Shown here piece after piece: positions 60,628 through 64,000 of a stretch of DNA of 64,000 nt; the first letter of the stretch is position 1; every line of letters starts with the position of its first letter. Location: positions 13,497 through 77,496 of the forward strand of contig VXUF01000111.1 in assembly GCA_009837085.1 (NCBI GenBank), in the 5' to 3' direction. A program made the translations under genes and the position numbers. This DNA comes from Holophagales bacterium. GTDB lineage: Bacteria; Acidobacteriota; Thermoanaerobaculia; Multivoradales; Multivoraceae. The notes under the pieces were generated by a model that did not search any database, was not told the origin of the DNA, and saw only the letters and a list, made by a program, of their open reading frames with translations.

Positions 60628-61326
60628 GTGAACCGGCGGGGCCCCTTCCTGCTCGACGAGCGAAGCCTGGACTTTCCGCCTCCGGAGCTCGCCGATCCGA
60701 GCGGCTTGCTGGCGGTGGGCGGCGATCTCGAACCGGAGCGCCTGCTGGCCGCGTACCGGGCAGGCATCTTTCCCTGGCCGCTCCTGGGCGTCGACGGGCC
60801 CATGCTCTGGTTCTCTCCCGAGCCGCGGCTGGTGCTCTATCCGGAGCGGTTCCGCGCTTCGCGGAGCCTCCGCAAGGAGCTGCGGCACGGCCGTTTCGAG
60901 GTCACTGTCGACTCGCGTTTCCGGGAAGTCATGACCGCCTGCGCCGAGGACCGTCCGGGCAGGCCGGGCACCTGGATCACACAGCCCCTCATCGATGCGT
61001 TCGATCGCCTGCACCGCCGGGGCTTCGCTCACTCGGTCGAGTGTCTGGCGGATGGCGAACTGGCCGGCGGCCTCTACGGGGTCGCCGTCGGCGGCGCGTT
61101 CTTCGGCGAGTCGATGTTCGCGCGGCGTTCGAACGCCTCCAAGGTCGCCTTGGTCTACCTTGTCGAGCGCCTGCGGAACTGGGGCTTTGCGTTCATCGAT
61201 TGCCAGCAGGTCACGGAGCATCTTCTGCGCCTCGGAGCCGAGGAGGTCGCGCGGACCCGCTTCCTGAGTGAACTCGCCGCAGCCGTCGACCTGCCTGGCC
61301 GCTCCGGTTCCTGGCGGGATTCCTAG
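60628..61326 (+). CDS. aat: Leucyl/phenylalanyl-tRNA--protein transferase
   Basis: PSGLLAVGGDLEPERLLAAYRAGIFPW, WFSPEPRLVL, GGLYGVAVGGAFFGESMF. GTG start at 60628. Confidence 0.88.
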   Translation: MNRRGPFLLDERSLDFPPPELADPSGLLAVGGDLEPERLLAAYRAGIFPWPLLGVDGPMLWFSPEPRLVLYPERFRASRSLRKELRHGRFEVTVDSRFREVMTACAEDRPGRPGTWITQPLIDAFDRLHRRGFAHSVECLADGELAGGLYGVAVGGAFFGESMFARRSNASKVALVYLVERLRNWGFAFIDCQQVTEHLLRLGAEEVARTRFLSELAAAVDLPGRSGSWRDS

Positions 61327-62315
61327 CTCTGCCGGTGCGAGGCTCGGAGATTGTCGACCAGTTGCGCCAGCCGGCCAAGGACGGCGTCACCGATTCGCGC
61401 ACTCACTTCGGTCTGGAAGGCGAGGATCTCGTCGTCCGAGCCATCGTAGGCCTCGGTCCACAGCACGGTGCCGTCCTTCGCGAGCAGGAGCCGCGCCCAC
61501 ACCCGGAGCCTGCCTTCCTCGCGCTGAACGCGGCCGTCAAGGACGAAGTCGGCGTTGACACCGGGCACCGACATGCCGATCTCGAGATCTGGCCCGGTGT
61601 CCTTGGCCACGACCGCGAGATTCTGCGAGCCGTGGCGGGCGAGGGACGTGATGAGCTCCTGGGCCAGAGCCTGCCGGAAAGGCTCGGCCCCGGCCCAGTT
61701 CTCGAGGGCGGCGAAGGGCAGGACCGCCAGCACGTGGCGCGGGGCCTCGTCGGCGGTGCCGGGCCGCGAGTCCATGGCGTGCCAGACCAGGACTGTGAGG
61801 ATAAGGCCAACGGCCGCGCCCACCACAGCGAGCGTTGCGGCCGCTATCCGACGAGTCCGCGGGAAGACGTTCGGGACGGTCGACGCGGCCCCCGAGGCCC
61901 GGAGCGGCGGACCGCTGTTCCCGACTTCCATCACGGGCTGCAGGAATCGATAGCCAATCCGCGGAAGCGTCTCGATGTAGCGGGGAGCCACCGCGCTGTC
62001 GCCGAGCGCCACTCGAACGCGTTTGACGCAGGAGTTCATGCTCTGATCGAACTCGACGTGGATCTCGTCGGGCCAGAGGTGGCGTCGAACGGCCTCGCGC
62101 GATACGACGGCGCCGCGGCTGGCGATCAGCAGGTGAAGCAGCTTGGCGGGCTGGGGCTGGAGCCGAACGGTCTCTCGGTCGCTGTGCAGTTCGAGTGTTT
62201 CGGGGTCGAAGTCGAACTCGCCGAAGCGGAGGCGGCGCCACTGGCCGCTGGCGGGGCCCCGGCCGCTGCCGCGCCTGGGCGCTGCCTCTCGCGACGTGCG
62301 GTTACCGCGCTGCAT
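61323..62315 (-). CDS. Membrane-anchored winged-helix (OmpR/PhoB-type, CadC/ToxR-like) transcriptional regulator
   Basis: FGEFDFDPETLELHSDRETVRLQPQPAKLLHLLI...YIETLPRIGYRF, then one TM segment (AAATLAVVGAAVGLILTVLVW) and a periplasmic domain. Confidence 0.75.
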   Translation of the reverse strand: MQRGNRTSREAAPRRGSGRGPASGQWRRLRFGEFDFDPETLELHSDRETVRLQPQPAKLLHLLIASRGAVVSREAVRRHLWPDEIHVEFDQSMNSCVKRVRVALGDSAVAPRYIETLPRIGYRFLQPVMEVGNSGPPLRASGAASTVPNVFPRTRRIAAATLAVVGAAVGLILTVLVWHAMDSRPGTADEAPRHVLAVLPFAALENWAGAEPFRQALAQELITSLARHGSQNLAVVAKDTGPDLEIGMSVPGVNADFVLDGRVQREEGRLRVWARLLLAKDGTVLWTEAYDGSDDEILAFQTEVSARIGDAVLGRLAQLVDNLRASHRQS

Positions 62316-62635
62316 GGGCTGGCTTCTCGACTGCTACGTGGGGCGAAGGTTCCCTGCTCCGGGATCCGGTTCTCCGCGCTTGCGGGACCGAACCCCGAGT
62401 TTTCGATAACTCTAAAGGACACTACGCTCGGAGCATTCCGGACGGCGCGTGACGTTTGGCTGACCAGTCTCTGACCGCGGAGGTGCGTGCCCGGCCGGCG
62501 GACGTCTCTCGCCGGCGACGGACTCCGGTGGGCGGCCTTTCGAGCGGACCGCAGGCGTGGTGTGCCTTGGTAGCTGCCGTAAGTTACTGGTGGGGTTGCA
62601 CTTACGGGCGTGCCGTGCTAGGGTTCCGCCGGGCC

Positions 62636-63420
62636 AAAAAAGAGGATAGGGACCGCTTCAGGAGTTTCGCCCGAATCGACCTCAGCCTCTCACCCACCGT
62701 TCGCATCTCCTGGACCACTACAGCTTGGCGGGCATGGGTCTTGGAGCGCGAGCGCGCCACCAGCCGGGCCTCCCTTTCGCTCGTCTCCCCCTCCGGGTCT
62801 TCCGCTGAAGCTTGCGCTCCTGCGGTTGCCCCTTCGGCGTTGACGGCCGAACGGTCCGCAACGTCTTGCCTCAGGCAACCGACTCCTTGGCTTTCGCCTC
62901 CGAGCCTACCGCCCTGCGGCTCGCCGCCGCGGGGGCTCGCCGAAGCCTGGCCTCTGCCGACCTGACGCCTGCGGGGCACTCCGTCGCTCGACTGGTCGGG
63001 TCTCACGACGAAGCCCCCGTAGGGTCTGCCGACGGAGGCACTTCAGTTACCGGTTGGCTTTCCGTTGCTGCCGGGCAACTTCCGGCCGTCCGCTTCCCTG
63101 AAGCCGCCTTCCCAGTTGCGCCTCCGTCCGGCTTTCGCTTTTCGGTGCCGCTCCCGGGAAGACTGTCGGCCACGGGAGCCACTCGATGACTGGAACTGTT
63201 CGGAACCTGGATTCCCTTCGGCTTGCGCCTCCGAGTCCCCCGAACTCCGAGCGGCTCCTGCCGCCGAGCCCGGCTTCCGAGTCGTGACCCTCCAACCTTC
63301 GCCTTCAAGGGGCGCCCACCACGCGAACGTGACTTTCGCCCTTCTCAGGCTCCGATCCGAAGGTCGCGTCTCAGGACCGGTGGATCAGGATGCGATTCTT
63401 GGTCACAGTCCCTATCCGCG
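62636..63420 (-). ncRNA. Candidate large (~785 nt) structured non-coding RNA of unassigned family
   Basis: Gene-free gap with promoter-like TTGACA-18-TACGTT. GGAUAGGGAC (63417-63408) pairs with GUCCCUAUCC (62653-62644), followed by UCUUUUUU. Strand-specific GNRA hairpins: GCGAAAG x4, GCGCAAG x2. Several 7-8-bp internal helices. Boundaries inferred, not measured. Confidence 0.55.
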
Positions 63421-63424
63421 AAAC

Positions 63425-63454
63425 AACGTACAGGCCGTGTGAAGGGTGTGTCAA
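63425..63454 (-). promoter_or_regulatory. Putative sigma70-type promoter of the candidate RNA
   Basis: On the minus strand: TTGACA (63454-63449), 18-nt spacer, TACGTT (63430-63425). The closing-helix 5' strand begins 7 nt downstream. Confidence 0.4.
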
Positions 63455-63639
63455 GGCGGCGTTTCTCGCCGGTAGCGGGACAGAACTCCCGGGCCGGCGG
63501 TAACTAGCTTCGTTGCTGTCAGTTACGAGTCTCGGGCGCCGGTTGGGAAGTTCTGGAAGGCACTGCGGAATTGCTGCGGATTCTCCAGACTCTCGGCGGC
63601 GGCGGTCCGGAACGGGGGCCGTCGCGGGGTTCGCGCAGA

Positions 63640-63715
63640 TGGTGCCCAGGGGCGGATTCGAACCACCGACACCCTGATTTTCAGTCAGGTGCTCTACCAA
63701 CTGAGCTACCTGGGC
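63640..63715 (-). tRNA. tRNA-Phe (GAA), CCA encoded
   Basis: GCCCAGG-TA-GCTC-AGTTGGTA-GAGC-A-CCTGA-CTGAAAA-TCAGG-GTGTC-GGTGG-TTCGAAT-CCGCC-CCTGGGC-A-CCA. Confidence 0.93.
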
Positions 63716-63820
63716 AGGGTCGCGCGTGACGGGTCGCACGGCAGGGGAGGTTTCTAGCAGCTTGCGGCGTAGAAACGCAACGGGTGAGGCATTCCCGCAT
63801 GCTACGCTGCGCCGACGCCG

Positions 63821-64000
63821 ATGCTCCCCGTTCGCCGCGCACTGGTTTCGGTCTTCGACAAGACGGGCCTGGAGCATCTGGGTTCGGGTCTGGCGAAGCT
63901 GGGTGTTGAGATCATCTCCACCGGCGGCACGGCACGGCAACTCGCGGAACGCGGTGTGCCGGTGACCGCGGTATCCGAGATCACGGGCCATCCCGAGATT
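63821..64000 (+). CDS. purH: Bifunctional AICAR transformylase/IMP cyclohydrolase, N-terminal 60 codons (runs off the window)
   Basis: My own translation from ATG 63821: [60 protein letters not shown], the MGS-like domain of PurH. Not in the ORF track because no stop is reached. Confidence 0.9.
   Translation, partial: MLPVRRALVSVFDKTGLEHLGSGLAKLGVEIISTGGTARQLAERGVPVTAVSEITGHPEI

Noticed and set aside
62889-63233. CRISPR-like interpretation of the repeated GCGCCTCCG motif
   Set aside because: Only three short (about 12-14 nt) imperfect copies exist, at irregular spacing of about 105 and 225 nt, and there are no cas genes. They fit repeated RNA structural modules instead.
62316-63639. Known large RNAs as the identity of the gap: RNase P RNA, tmRNA, SRP RNA, 6S, group II intron
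   Set aside because: By eye there is no GGAAAGUCCGG-type P4 element, no tRNA-like 3' end or tag ORF, no SRP GGAA-loop helix, no GUGYG 5' end or domain V consensus, and no reverse-transcriptase ORF. This is a visual check only and needs covariance-model confirmation.
63640-63715. Genomic island integrated at tRNA-Phe, or at tRNA-Lys, tRNA-Asn or tRNA-Met
   Set aside because: There is no integrase or transposase, and I found no direct repeat of a tRNA 3' segment anywhere in the window. Flanking genes are housekeeping (purH, aat, ychF, purA, pckA).
62456-63991. ORFs inside the gene-free gap: 62456-62965 (+, 169 aa), 62602-63006 (-, 134 aa), 62812-63189, 63065-63442 and 63371-63991 (-, 206 aa)
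   Set aside because: All are Ser/Arg/Pro/Ala-rich with no family motifs and no RBS that I could see. The 63371-63991 ORF runs straight through tRNA-Phe and the purH start. The region is better explained as non-coding RNA.

Overview
GC-rich (about two-thirds G+C by eye, not computed), densely packed bacterial chromosomal window. The organism is probably diderm, since LPS-kinase, Wzm/Wzt and BamE-like features are present. All family calls come from motifs I recognised in the supplied translations; no searches were run.

Gene content in order:
- Cell-envelope operon: mrdA-rodA-rng, a kinase/GH-like fusion, wzm-wzt, DUF3467.
- Minus-strand block: tRNA-Met, zinc-ribbon protein, yggS, fadD.
- Macromolecular-synthesis operon rpsU-mutS2-dnaG-rpoD, then tRNA-Asn, pckA, acs, an AI-2E transporter and an FGE-family protein.
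- Complete suf operon: Rrf2 regulator, sufBCDSU, sufT, DUF442.
- tkt, then accessory-looking secreted or envelope enzymes: EF-hand esterase, orphan ATPase, PQQ/cytochrome c dehydrogenase, arylsulfatase, class C beta-lactamase-like hydrolase, DUF3604, PepSY protein.
- tRNA-Lys, purA, then a roughly 10-kb envelope-modification cluster: two alkaline-phosphatase-superfamily proteins, a DUF4910 aminopeptidase-like protein, a GT-C glycosyltransferase, an SDR, secreted unknowns and an SGNH-dockerin hydrolase.
- ychF, aat, a CadC-like regulator, tRNA-Phe and the start of purH.

No transposase, integrase, CRISPR array or recognisable defence system was seen.

Most unusual feature: the only long gene-free gap (62316-63639). 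On the minus strand it has the layout of an independently transcribed, roughly 785-nt, GNRA-tetraloop-rich structured RNA just downstream of tRNA-Phe. It has a consensus -35 promoter, a long-range closing helix and a terminal U-tract. I could not assign it to any RNA family from memory.

Secondary observations:
- A three-copy REP-like palindromic repeat family.
- A kinase/GH-like fusion positioned like an O-antigen chain terminator next to Wzm/Wzt.
- A probable CTG-initiated yggS.
- A perfect 16-bp hairpin between mutS2 and dnaG.

Many long antisense or alternative-frame ORFs in the track are GC-driven shadow ORFs and were rejected.
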